From assembly GCF_036321535.1 (NCBI RefSeq), contig NC_087437.1, positions 52,392,001-52,456,000 on the forward strand: DNA of 64,000 nt. The letters are read 5' to 3'. Made by a program: the position numbers and the translations under genes. Within the stretch, counting starts at the first letter, position 1; every line of letters starts with the position of its first letter. The notes beneath the pieces are model-generated. The model saw nothing but the letters and a program-made list of their open reading frames with translations, was not told the DNA's origin and did no database searches. This DNA is from Camelus dromedarius. Lineage: Eukaryota. Positions 1 to 13,601 of the stretch are shown piece after piece.

Positions 1-275
1 GATTCACTTAATCTGGGGTAACTTTGTCAGCATTTCTAATTAGCTCCCATGCTGATACTGCTGGCCCTAGGACCACTCTCTCTGAGGAACAAGGATTGAA
101 GAATTGGCATGAGCTCCTCCAAGAACTACTGCCATGAGTAGGCTCTGTCAAAATTATAACTATCCCTGTAGCTCCTAAAGAAATACTCCCAAAAGAAGAA
201 GTTTTATACATAAACATATTAATCACTGCATTATTTAAATAGAAGAAGAAATAGCCTGTTCAATAAAGGGAAATA

Positions 276-888
276 CAGTTGATACTCATTATTTGCAGAT
301 TCTGTATTTGTGAATGCAACTACTCATTAAAATTTATTTTAACCCCCAAATCAACACTTGCAGCTCTTTTACAAAAGGTCACTTGCAGACATGTGCAGAG
401 TAGTGAACAATTTGAGTTGTGTGAAGTACACACTCCCAGCTGAGGTGGAACGAGGTAACGCTCTCCACCTTGTTTCAGCACTCATACTGTAATCAAGTGT
501 TCTTCTCCAAGTCGATTTAGTACCTTGTTTTTTGCGTGTGTTTTTTGTTGTGTGATTTTACTATTTAAAAGAGCCCCCAAGCATAGTGTTGAAGTGTTTC
601 TATAAAGGCTATGGTGTGTGACAACAGCTTCATTTAGGCATGAATTATTGTGCTCTTGGCTGTAAGTTCAATGTTAATGCATCAACAATGTATATCAAGT
701 AAAGTGTCATTAAGTAGAGACACACATAAAATAAGGCTGTGTATTGATCGGTTGATGAAAATGTGTCCAAACGCTCACAGTAACCGAACCCTGTATTTCT
801 CATAGAAGCAATGGTTCCGTATTCACTAATGCATTGTTCTTGGTGACCTTATATAGAATCTAACTATCACAAATAACAAGAGTAACTA
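276..888. mobile_element. TcMar-Tigger non-autonomous DNA transposon (MER82-like)
   Basis: Starts TA|cagttgatactcattatttgc, ends with the degenerate inverted aaataacaagagtaacta. Body matches recalled consensus. Confidence 0.75.
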
Positions 889-1885
889 TGGTTAATAGCC
901 AATTGATAAAATATATGCTGCCTTTTAAAAATGACGGTGATGAAATCCGTGCAATCAATATGAAAAGTATCTACCATGTAGTGGTATGAGAAAAGAAACA
1001 GGAGATGGAGTTTCAAGTACAGTACAATTAGAGTTACATTTAAAATTTTTCAAGTGAAAAATGGAAGGAAATTTTTGAGTTAGGGTGAAAAAAAATTTGA
1101 GTTAGGATGAAAGAGTAATTTTTTCTTTATTTCTCAAATTTTTGTAATATTGTTACATTGCATTTATAATGTTATACTTTAAAATCTGTATCTTAGTAGT
1201 TCTTTCAGAGACAAAAGCTACTAAGAGGCACCGCCTGTTCACCTCCTTGAGAGGCGGAGGCAATACATTCTGGTTGAGGGGTTGGCCTTCTTAGAAAAGA
1301 TTTATTAACATTAGTATAAGAGAGTGTGCTCTCTGTGTTAAACCAAATAGAAAGTGTTCCAAGTCACAATGTGAATATCCAAGAGAAATCCAGAATTACA
1401 GATCTCTGGTAGAGGTAAACTAGCTACTTGACAGATACGACTGGAACCATGCTTAGTAAATAATCTGTCTTGCCTAATCATAGCTTTTCTACTTTCTGTA
1501 CATGTTTTCACTCTTTTGACATGGCTAAGAGCTTGGCTTCCAAGTCAGAGGGTTGAGTCCTGGTAGTTCCATTTATTAGCTGTCTATGTCTTTAAGTTAT
1601 TTAATATCTCTCAGTTTCCCCCATGTATGTAATAGGGATAATTTTAGAACCTAATGATGTTAAATGAAAGGCTGAGCACTGGGTTTAAGATACACTAAGC
1701 CCTGAGTACATGGTAGTTATAACTATATGTTAGCTTCATTCTCTTCACTGATTGTCTGCCATATTAAAAAAGGCTGTCAGTCAATACCTGGAGAAATTTA
1801 AAAAAGAAAGGAAAATAGTATTCCCATCCACAAATACTCACAGTCTCCCTGCAGAGATTAACACATACACTATAATATAATAGAA

Positions 1886-2395
1886 CAGTGATGCTCAAAC
1901 TTTTTGGTCTCAGGGCCAAAAAAGAAAAATTGAGATGCCAAAGGGTTTCTGTTTATGTGAATTGTAGCTTCTATATTTACCATAGTAGAAATTAAAACTG
2001 AGAAAAAATTTAATACTAATTAATTTATTTTTAAAAACCATTGTACATTCACATAAATAACTTTTTTATGAAAAGTAACTATAATTTCCACACTGCCAAC
2101 ATTTTGTTGTGAGGAAAGTGGCATTATGAGAAGAGATTTTTGCAAATCTTTTAATGTCTGGCTTAGCAGATGATAGCTGGATTCCCATCTCAGTTTCTGC
2201 TTTCAATCTGTTGTAATATCAAATGCATAGAGTAGCCACTGGGAAATTCCACTGTAAGAATTCATGGAATTGTGAGAGTATGAGTCAAAAAGGAAAATGA
2301 TGTCTCATTGTTATGAAAATAGTTCTGACGCCACAGACCCCTTCCGATCTCAGAGATCCCCAGGAGTCCCCAGAGCACTCTGTGAGCACCCTTGT
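1886..2395. mobile_element. hAT-Charlie DNA transposon relic
   Basis: cagtgatgctcaaactttttggtctcagg terminus and cactctgtgagcacc end. Confidence 0.65.
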
Positions 2396-3479
2396 ATAGG
2401 ATGTGAGTGTGAAGATGGGGCAAGAACAATAGCTGGTATCAATATTGTGCTCACCATGTGCCAGACCTTGTGCTTTACATAGTTAATTTAAGCTCACAGC
2501 AGCTTGCTGAGGTAGATGCTGTTATTGTCCCTAATTTCCAGGTGAAACCAAAGTACAAAGATGGTAAATTCCTCACAGTGGAACCAGCATTCAGTTTCAG
2601 ATAGTCTGGCTCTAGGGTCCAAGCTCTCTTCTCTGCCACTGTACTTCTTCCCTACTTGGGAACTGAGTAAGATTTCATAGAGAAGATGACATTTTTCTTA
2701 AAGGATGTGTAAGTGGCAGTTTTTGTAGACAATCGTGAGAGAATACTTCATTTTCATTCTTACTAAATACAGAACAGGATTTTATTCTTGTGAAAGTTTT
2801 TAGCTTTCAGCTAAGCATTCTACACATGTTGTAGCATGTGTTAGAATTTCCTTCTTTCTAAGGTGGAGTAATAAATTCAGGGTTTTGTTTAAGAATAAAT
2901 CAAACATGGGGCCTAAAGACATATCAGTTAACAAAGAAGAAAAAGAATGTAAAATACTGAAAGATTTAAGGAAATTATCATAAACCTATATTGTACTGCT
3001 TCTGTGCCTTATTACAAAGCTACTATTTTCAATATTTCTCCTGTAACTCATAATACTGCTTGGGTAAGAATTGAGAGGAGACTTAAAAAAAAAAAGAAGA
3101 ATGGTCAAGCAATAGCTAGGACCCATCACATGTACCTTAGTGATTTGTTGTGATTCTGGTCTTCTTTTCCCTTTCTCACGCTTTTTTCTGTTCCCATCCC
3201 CCCATTTTTTTCTGTCACAGAGGAAGTAAAACAAAACCCTCTTTCATCTCCTCTAGGAATGGCCATTTTATGGAACTGTTCACCATTTAACAAACAGATG
3301 AGTTAAGTATTTGTCTCTGACTTTAAAAGCCCAAATAAACTGAAGTACCTTCTATTTGAGCATAACCTGTCCTTTCATGGGGGGTGGGGGTGGTGTCATG
3401 GTCCTTGAGAAGGCTTTGTACAGGAAAGTTTGTTATTATCCTGGGACTATACGGAGAAGTCAGCTTTCAGAATACATTC

Positions 3480-4255
3480 TTGAATGACTCCTATGTGCTG
3501 GTTGATGTGCCTTGCACTGGGGATATATTGGTGAACAACCAAGTCATGGCACCTGCCCTCACAGAACTTATGGAGTAGTAGAGGAGATGGTTAAAGAGCA
3601 ACTACAATAGAGTAGTATGTGCTATTAGGGGAGGGGTAAAAAAGTGAAGACACACAGGCTGCTAGAGGAGGACATAAGTGGAGCATCGACCCAGACTTGA
3701 GGGATTCTGGAAGGAAATGATAACAGACCTAAACCCGAAAGAACAAGCAAGAGTTGGATGGAGGCAGGTGTACAGAATACAAAGCAGACTGCGAGCGCTA
3801 AATTCCAGAGGTAAGCGAGAAGGCAGTAAACTCAGAGAACTGAATTGAGTCTGGCTAGTGGCTCGCAGGGCTGTATCAAACATGAGGCTAGAGAAGCAAA
3901 TCATGCCAAGAGGGTTGGACTTTATTCTAGGAGCCAGAGATTTTCAAAGTTGAGTAGTATGTTCAGAATTACACGCTAGAAGTGGTAGGGGGAAGGTGTA
4001 GCTCAGTGATAGAGGGCCGTATTTAGCATGGATGAGGTCTTGGGCTTAATCCTCCGTTAAAATAAATAAATAAACCTAATTACCTCCCTCCCCTCCCCAC
4101 CCCAAAAAGAATTACACACTAGAAAAAGCACTCTGGCAATGGAGAGAATGGAATAAGATGGAGAGACTAGAGACAAGGGTAAAATTAGAGGATTGTTAAA
4201 ATCATCTAAGCAAAAATGATGATGACCTGTGCTAGAAAGGGTTATTGTGATGGAG
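3480..4255. mobile_element. L2 LINE relic (interrupted by SINE)
   Basis: cctgccctcacagaacttat and purine-rich L2 body motifs. Confidence 0.6.
3988..4107 (+). mobile_element. tRNA-Ala-derived SINE (Vic-1-like), inserted in L2
   Basis: GGGGAAGGTGTAGCTCAGTG A-box head, A-rich then C-rich tail. TSD agaattacac(g/a)ctagaa at 3965-3981 and 4108-4124. Confidence 0.85.
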
Positions 4256-7200
4256 AGAACACAAATTCAAATATATTCAGAAGTTAAACGATACTTTTTA
4301 AAAGGGTAAAACAATTCATACACATATAAAATGAATATATGTTAAAGATATTGTTTACCTCATTAGTTAATCAGGAAACCAGACGGATATAATAAAGGAA
4401 ATTCAAGGAACACACTTATATGTAGGCAGAAGGAGTGGTGAAATGCTGAAATGGCTTTGCAATCAGGGGCAAAACCAGTCAATACCCACCGGGCATTAAT
4501 AATCAGTTGCATTACCAGATACAATTCATTTGCATTTCTACGGACAAGAAATAGTTGCATTACTAGATGTGTACTGCAATTTTCAGAGTTGTAAATATCT
4601 CAAAAATAAGGAAAGTCTCACATAAATTGGGGGTGATACCCTAGGCAAGGATACCTTATAGTCTTCTTGCCCATTTCAAAGTCTTTGACAATTTTCCCTG
4701 ACAAGAAAATACCCACAGGATTTTGGTGATTAACTGGATGTAGAGATGGTGAGCAGGGAGGAAGAGAGAAAAGTCAACTGTAACCATTTCATTCAAAGAG
4801 ACTGAGGAACATTCAGCCAAGTTGTTGAAGATGGAACAGAAGGATGCAGTGGGAGGGTTTTGTAGGGAGAGGACCATGGGAAATGCGGTCAGGGAAGAGA
4901 ATGCAAAGAAAAATACAGAGGTGAGCATATAAACCAGAGTTATTTACATCTTGGGCCATAACAAAGGAGAACAGCAATGTGATGCAAGGTAGGACTAGCT
5001 GGCTACAAGGTTTGAATAATTATTCCTAGTAGTCCTGTGTCTATAGTGTCTTTAGTGTCAGTGTTAGAATTTTTCATTTATCCCATGTCCTTCTGGCACT
5101 TGTCCCTATGTACCTCTTTGCTTGGAGTAGAAGCCTAAAAGAAAGATGAAGATTAAAAATATAGAAAGTGATTTTGATTTAACTAAACTGATTTAATGAA
5201 AATAACTCTTAAGGACAGAGAATCATGTCTTGTGTTTCTTTCTGTTCCTGGGATGACTAGCATAATAGCCAGCAATTATATTTCATAAATAGGTAGAATG
5301 AAAGATTAATGTTTTGGACTATGGCCTGAAGAGTTCAAGGATTTACCCCAGTTCATGTAGCTGTTTGGGTAAAGATTCTAGGATTCAGACCCAATTCTTC
5401 TGACTCTAAAGCTCATGTCACTAGGATGAGTGATTTAAATTATAATATCTCATGAAATTTTCAGCTTACCAGTTATTAGGAAAAATGAAAATGTATTTCT
5501 TTAGCTTTTAACTTCTCCTGTTCCAGTAACTAAATATAACTGCAAATTTTAGATATACTTTTTCTAAGGAGAAGTGACTTTCTATAAGGACCAAGTTTGA
5601 AATCAGATGGACCAAACAGGCAATCTACTAACTGTGTAACCTTGGGCAAGTTATTTAACCTTTCTGAGCCTTAATTTTCTCATCTGTAATATGATGATAA
5701 TATTGACCTCTATGAAGGTATAAAAGTTAAATGAGATAAAGTATATAAAAAGTATAAGTATAATAGATGCCGTAACAGATACTGGCTTTTTTTTTCCTTC
5801 TAAAGCTTAAAGCTTTCACATGCTTAACGCATACCAAAATCTGCTTTTATTTGAACAGGGGCTATATTAAGCATTTAGCTCTTTTGCCTAATTCTTCATC
5901 AGTCTAAATTTAGTTTTTTCAATATAATTTCTTTAGTAAAAAAAAAAAATTTCTTTAGTAAGATCTTTGTTTCTTGTTATGTTTATCACCTATTTCAGAT
6001 ACTTTGCTTTTCTCTCTTTCTTCCCAGTATACTAAGCTTTACCACTATGTGTTTCCAGAATCACACTGCTGGATTACAACTTAAATTGGGTTTGGTTTGT
6101 TATAGTTTTTGGAAACTCAACATAAAAATGTAAGATAACGCAGTGACTATTGTTATTATTTGCCACTCGCTTGTTACATGTCCCTGTGAACATGGACCAG
6201 TGGAGCACACCAGTGCAAGAAGTGTCTGTCTGCCCCCAAACAAATGAGAGCCCATTGTGATCCTCCTCCCTCCTTCCCTTAGTTTTTCTGACTGGCAATC
6301 AGAAGGCTCTACGTGATGAAACCGTATATGCTCACTTTGGAGCAACTGAAGGCATTTAGACCTTTTCATTGCTAGGTGTTGTATTTGCAGAGTTATTTAC
6401 ACCACCTAGCAACCTGGCCCAAGACAAACAATCCCTATTAGCTACACAGTGACTTGCTATACCTGTCATTGCTCTGTTAATGTAACAGCAAACATTCACT
6501 GTACCTAGAAGATGGCATTCCCCTCCCCCCCTTTCCTGTTAAGTTAATTTCATTCTCTGGTTGTTTTATGGTCTTTAGAACTAATTCATTAGATGACAGA
6601 AGCTTCCCATTTGAAAGACCCAGGAGAGGTCACTTGGTTCAATCCTCCATACCTAAGCAAGAATATTATAATTTTTCTCATAGACTGAGCATTTCCAGTG
6701 ATGGGGAGAGAGAATCAGTTTTGAGATATCCTTTCCATCACTGGATTGTTCTGATTCATTATATTCACAGATTGCTTTTTTCAGTTGCTTAGAAGGGACC
6801 TTAGAGACCACTCTAGTTCAATTCCTTCAGTTTGCGGACGAGGAAATTGAAGCCGAGAGAGTTTAGGTGACTTGCCCAAGGCCAAACAACTAATTTATGA
6901 CACAGCTGGGACTCCTGACTCCTGGTAGCTTATTTCCAAATCATTAAACTGCAAAATTACTGAAGTCATAAAAGCTGAGTAGTATTAAGTGCTATTATGC
7001 AGTGTATAAATGCTTTAGATGCAGCATATTTTAGCATAGCAAATATTTGTGTTGTACTGTGGGTAAACTTATTTTGATTTTTATGGAGAAAATCTAAGTC
7101 CTTTTAATTGTGTGAGAAACTCCCTGCGCTAAACAGGGCTCTTTTTTTCCCCCTCTCCTTTTTAGAGGAGGGAAAAAGAAGTCATCAGTCTGGTTCTTAC

Positions 7201-8517
7201 ATCTAAGAAGTCATATGATCAAAAAGACACAAAAACACAGTTTCCTGCCTCACATGAGGGTTGTGGAGTGGCCTGGAGCCAGTGGCTTTTTTATATTCCT
7301 GTCAGGCTTTGGTCCCAGTGGCAATGTGGATGAGAGCCTGTCCATATGCCGGGGGACTTTGAAAGGTCGCCTGGCCTCTCCCTGCCTTCTGGAAGGACTG
7401 CACTTAAACGGAATCTGCAACCTTTGTGTCCTGTGAAATTATACACTGGAAGCTTTAAGGTCACCCCTTGCCCTTTGTGTTGGGGGGAAGGGGGTGGTCG
7501 TAAAGGGGAGGATACAACACTGATTGGCTAAGATGGGAGAAGCTGAGAGACTCTGAAAGGGTTTTTGAGGTCAATACGGACAGACTTGGGGGAAGGAACA
7601 TTGGAAATGGCGGTGTCAGGCGCTGACAAGCAGTGCTATCTGTTCTGAAAAATAACCCAGAGCCTTAGAAAGAGGACCTGGCAGCAGCTTGGGGCCTGAG
7701 ATCCAATGGGCTAGCCCTAATGTCTTTTCAGTTGTAGATTCAAAAATATTTATTTAAGGCTTATCAGATGTATCAACGAGAAAGACATCTTATTCCCAAG
7801 TTTCAAATTTTTAGTCTCATAGCCTTATAAAGATAGATGACCAGACTCTTGTTCCTCAGCAACAGAAAGATTACTCTATTATTTATTATCCCACGGTATT
7901 TTGAACCCCTATATAGCATGCATCATGGCTGGCTTTTCATTTGTGTTTGTGGCTAACTTCCCTACTGGGCTAAAGCACTGAAGAGTAGGGACCTTTTTTT
8001 TTTAAATTATGAAATATATAAGGCATACCAAAAGATAAAGAGGATGCCCTCGTTACACCTTTATATCCCCACACGGCTTCTAAGAAGCACAGCACCTAGC
8101 ATGCACTAGGAAAGTTTTGTAGAATTGCAGTACAAACTTCCTTCTTATACTTTCGCAATCATCCTTCCTGTCTCTTGCAGATCATGCGGAATCAGAATCG
8201 TCTTCTCTGGGAGCCTGAGTTCTCAAGGTCAATGCAAATATACTCTGATATTCATGGAAATAGTAACTGCTCTGAAAGTCCTTAGAACAGTGATGTCCAT
8301 ATTAGATAGTCCTAATTTTTAATGATGGTTAGAACTCAGAAGTAGTGTTCTGTGCAGGTGACTTAAAGTTTAAATAAAGGAATGAAACAATAAAGGTATA
8401 AATAGCTAATCAGAAAATAGATTTGGCCTTAAATGATAGTAGTTTGTTATCTGTGTTTACTGTTACATTCTTTAACTACCACTGATTTTTTTGTGGAGGT
8501 CTCAAAAGTGTCTCATG

Positions 8518-8614
8518 AAAATGAATATATGTATGTTCATGTATGATTGAAGCATTATGCTGTACACCAGAAATTGACACAACTTTGTAAACTGACTATA
8601 CTTCAATAAAATAT
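8518..8614 (+). mobile_element. Very short L1 3'-terminal insertion
   Basis: ...gctgtacaccagaaattgacacaac...ctatacttcaataaaa. TSD aaaagtg(t/g)ctcatg at 8504-8517 and 8615-8628. Confidence 0.85.
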
Positions 8615-9084
8615 AAAAGTGGCTCATGGAAGGCAGAGGATTTTGAAGAAAGGAACATACTTGAGTTGAGGAGAGGCTAGGAGGTTAGTCATGTGTGTAT
8701 GGGTGTGAGGTGTGGGGGAGGGAAAGGAGCTATGTGGTGGATTCAGGAGGAACGTTAGACAAAAGCCAATGATAAAATAACCCTTGAGAAAGGGATAATA
8801 CTCACCAACGAGCTAAGGACTAAGCAAGTCCATAGAATTTATACCTCTCCTGACCTGACTGTAATAATTACATGAAACTTTTCCCTCGTGTTTGTCTCTC
8901 CAACAATATTTGTAGCCCTTTGTCCCAGTTTCAGTTTAAGCTACTTCCTTATTCCGTTTCCAACTGCCTTGCCTGGTAGAGTCTGTGAAATATAAACCCT
9001 CGCTTATTACCTCCTCATTGCAGTTCCCTGGCTGACACTTATTCTGAATTTTCTACCTGATCAGTGGTAGTTTCTAATGTGCCC

Positions 9085-9712
9085 CAGTGGAAAACCCTCT
9101 TTCACCATCACATCCAGCAGTCACTAGAGTCTATCACTTCTGCCTTCTCAGTATCGCTCAGATTCTTTCCACTCTCTCTCTCATAACTTTTTCCCATCCT
9201 CCATCCATTCATCTAACCTCTACCCTTAAACAGAATCATCTTTCAAATCTAATCAGGCCACTTCCCTTCACTTCTCCATGCTTCTTTGCCCATAAGAGAA
9301 AAAAAAATTCTCTACCCTATTTTTCCATTCCTATCTTCTACATCTCTGATCACTTCCCATCAGCCCTGCTGACATCTTTCCCTCTTCCCAAATTAACAGC
9401 ATGATTTCTTTCACATGTCCATGTCTTTGTGCATGCCTGTTCCTCTGACTCATATTCTGTATACCTCTTTCCAATTCATCCTGGAGAGCAATCTTCCCTT
9501 CTTTGTACTTCAAAAATTTGTATCCATCTCTCTCAGAGAGCTTCCCATACTACATATTAATCACTTGTTTACATGTATGTCCTCTGTTAGATTGCAAGCC
9601 CCTCTGGAGCAAGCATGTACTGTCTTGTTCATCTTTGCATGGTCCTTATCGCTTAACACAGAGCCAGCACCCTAGGCGATTAACAAAGCATTTGTCGATT
9701 CAGTGAATGAGC
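9085..9712. mobile_element. L2 LINE relic
   Basis: Pyrimidine-rich body, ttagattgcaagccc... and gtgaatgag terminus. Confidence 0.65.
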
Positions 9713-9732
9713 TGAACAGAAAATGTCTAAGG

Positions 9733-9805
9733 TGTGACCACCTTCCTCACAGAAATGGGAGTTTTTTGTGACCACCTTCCTCACAGAAATGGTGTAGTTT
9801 TGTGA
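9733..9805. repeat. ~34-bp-period tandem duplication
   Basis: tgtgaccaccttcctcacagaaatgg at 9733-9758 and 9767-9792. Confidence 0.92.
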
Positions 9806-12800
9806 TTTTGGTGGCAAATCTAATGAGTGCCTTTCTCAGATGCCTGTGGTGAGAACTGATGTGAGAATGTCTGTAATAAGGTCCTTGAATACCTTAGAAG
9901 CTTAGGTCTAAGCTTTAGGTATTTAAGCAACATACCAAAAACCCAGTTGCTTGTATTCTCTTTCTAAGAATGATCTCAGGTGCCCTTTAAGGCTTAATGT
10001 AAGGCCTCAAAAAGTATCCTACCTGAAAATTTTTTTTGACTTGTCATTTTCTGATTATTTTTTATAAACTTGATTTTCTGTACTATTTCCCTGCTTATTA
10101 GGATTATTCCTTTCCTCTGATTTCTTTTGACGTGCTTCTACCATCTTTGAAGTTATCATATTTGGAGAAAATAGTCCAAAGCAGCTAAGCCCTTAGTAAG
10201 AGGAAGAAAATAATCAGCCACCAGAGCGCTTGGTTTGGGGGCGGTGCTAGTTTATATACACGCGTGCGTGCAAAATCCTGTAGCTTGTCGCTGGGTTAAC
10301 GTCTCAGTTTTCATTTTGCGGTAAATAATGTCACCTTTTCTTCTTGAGGCATATTTTTAAATTCATTAAAAACAGATGAAGCAGGTCGGAACCTACTGTT
10401 TGTTCTCTCTCATTTAAGGACTTTTTTTGGCCCTGAGTTTCTCAAATCCTGAATTCTCTAATTGCCAATATTTAAAGTGTGAGAATTTTCCCTATAATTT
10501 TCTTATTTCAGAAATTTGGTATGGGGGTTGGAGGTGGTGTTGTCTGAAGGTTGCTTGAGACAGAGCTGAAAATCTGACCGCACTGTGTCCCTCCGCCGTA
10601 GCAGAGTCCCTTGTCTCGGCTCAGAGCTGCCCTGTCCCCCAGTCCCTTCTCTGGATGGCTGCACTGATAGATGGCTGCTCCTCGGGGAGCTGCATGGATC
10701 AGCCCTCCGTCCATTACCACGGAGCAGGATTATAATTTATAGCCCCAGATGGTGACTCACTATCCCACCGCTCCCCACTCAACTTCAGTAAGGCGGCAGA
10801 GGTATTAACTATTAAGTTGCTTCCTTTTTAAAATAATTGATGCTATATGCAAAGGGCTCTGTATAAAAATAGTTATAAAAATATTGGGAAAAGTAAAGTT
10901 TCATCAAGATGGGAAGAACATTATGCATTACAATAAAAAATAAACAAGCGCATGGTCAGGTTTATTTTTCTTGGTCCACTTCCCTGTGGAAATGTGGTTT
11001 TGAGGCACAAATTCGGTGGTCAGATTCCTGAATTTTCATAGGGAGTTGTCAACTCTTTCTTCTTCTTGGTTGATTCTTAAAGCTTATGGGTCTACCCCTT
11101 ATATGAAAACCCAGAATGTTTGCATTCCAGGTTTTTGACAGAGAATAGAACCTATAATTCTTAGCTACTCAATTTTTTTGAAAGCTTGAGTGTGATAAAT
11201 AATGGTCAGGGAATATTTCCCGAAGGAGATGTAGTCCATGTCCTTCTGGATTAAATCAGACTTTCAGCTGTTTTCTTGGAATCTCTTACTGTGAGTATTG
11301 CTTTTCCAGAATACTTGGGAATCTTACCCTGTTGTGCTCTAAAAACTGTCCAAGAAATGCTGCTGTATTTGCTTTGAGAGTGTTGTTGAGGCTATTTTAT
11401 CATCTTGTGAGGATCAGTGGAACAAAGGCCTCTCAGGCCTAGGTAGTGTAAAACTGCTTCTCCTGGACGGTTGGTATGTTTTTCTTACTTGGATAATTGT
11501 GTTTCTCCTTACTTTGATCCACAGACAGCTCTGGTTCAAATTTGTGAACCATCTATAACAGTTGTTAGTATACAAATTATTTTTGTCTGATGGTTTTTGC
11601 CTTGGGATTTTTTTTAACTTTTTATTCTCATTTTCCCTTTACCTGTTTACCTACTGTTCTGTGTGCATTTTTGTCAACAGCCTCAAGTCCTTTCTAGAAC
11701 AAAGTCCATGTGTCTGTCTCCTAATATATATTTATTTGTCAATTTAAGAAGTCAAACTTACTATATTCAGTCTCAAATAATATTATATATCACTTTTTAT
11801 AATATAATATCACCATACTACTATAACTTTTGAATTTTAGAATGTAGCTATAATGTGTTTTTGAACTCGTAAGATCTTTAACAGCTCCACAGTGTGAACC
11901 ACGGAACAGCATTTATTAGACAGGATGTTGAGGCCAGATGACGCCTGGAAGTCTTACTGTGTAATTTAATCCTAAGAGCTGTGTTGTTTGGCTTCACTAG
12001 ACTCCGAGTGTGCATATGTAATTATGTGCGCATGTGTAAAAAGCCCAGCCCTGATAGGAAAGAGAGGGAGGAACATCATTAGCAGAGATTAGATTTGTCT
12101 CTCCAGCTGGGCAATGTGCCTCTGAATTCCAAGGGCTTTCCCCAGTGTAAATTATTAGACTGACTCAGCTGCTGTTCAATTCCCCTCTGGCTGAACTGCT
12201 TTTGCTAATGCTGTTAAGCTGTGGCTCAGGAGACAAAATGTCCTGAGGTACTAGATAGATCTTATGCATGTAAAAAAGAAAACCTCCCTCCTTCATATTC
12301 ACAGGATGGGGGTATACAGTCTTCTCAAATCAAAAATAAAAAGGCAAAATGGAGAAAAAGATAAACTGTGTGCCAAACTTCAGCTACATATACAGGGCTT
12401 TGGAAATTGTTAGTGGACTGAAATCATTCCTGTCTAGCTAAAGCAAATAGGAGTAATCTAATCCAAAGAGTTTAATTCGAATCTGTTGAGAAATCTGACT
12501 TTAGATCTGCTGCTGTTCTAAAATTGGTGAAGTCTAAACAAATTAACCCCACTCAGACACTCTAATCCAGATTCAGGTTCAGGACCACAGGAGGGTCTTG
12601 TCTGAAGTTCTTCAATGATAGTAGTACACTAATAACATGAAAACTTGAACCTTCTTAATATAGCATGAAGCACAAGGCTCAGCATACTGTACATATCAAC
12701 TGGTTGAGTAGAATTCACAGCTACAGTAAAAGATCTATTTCATTTTTTTCTATTGACAGCTAAAGTTATGTATATTAAATTAATGCAATTCAGAAAGACA

Positions 12801-13601
12801 TGGTGTCTTCTCTGATTTTATTGCCTAAGGTAGCCAACTTATTGATTGCACTTAAACCTAATGTTCGAGTTTATCCATTGAACATCAATCAGGGAGAATA
12901 AATGAAATGTAGATAATATAGAAGCTGTAATTAAGTGATAGTTTAAAAATTTTTAAAGTCATTAACAATTTTTTCTTACCAGCCCTATTAACAAGTACCA
13001 AAATTGTCTGACCTGTGTTTTCTTCCCCCACTTTCCTCTGCTTTTCCTTCGGGGAGAGTGTTAGTATACTGAGGAATAGGACTAAAATGCAAAGGACAGG
13101 GAAATCAGATAGCAGTGGGGTCGTCCACTGATCCATTTTCAGGACTGTGAAGTGCCCAGCACTGTGCCTGGGCTCTCAGCCACATCATCGGTATTAGCAG
13201 CAGCAGTAGCAGCTGTGCTTACACTCTGCGTGAATAGGAGCCTAAACAGTGCATTAACTTAAGCTGAAATGCTGGATGTGGTTGGGAGCATATTATCTTA
13301 CCTCCTGTTACTGAACACTTTATGAAGAAGGGAAGTTTTCAACACAAAAGGTTAAGGGGAGAAAGCCTGAGTTTTCAGTGAGCAGAAGAACAACATTATA
13401 AGAACAGGTGAAGGAGTTAGCACAGCTCCAAGAACAGCTCTCTGGTAGTCATCATTGCCCGGGAAGGTGGAGAGGAACGTGCACTGGTGGAGATGGGGCG
13501 TAAATTGGTGCCAAAAGTTCACACTTGAACTTGAGAGCTGTTATACACGTATCAGGCTGTGGAAACTAATTGGATTGTCATTAAAAGTTAGAGTTGGCAG
13601 T

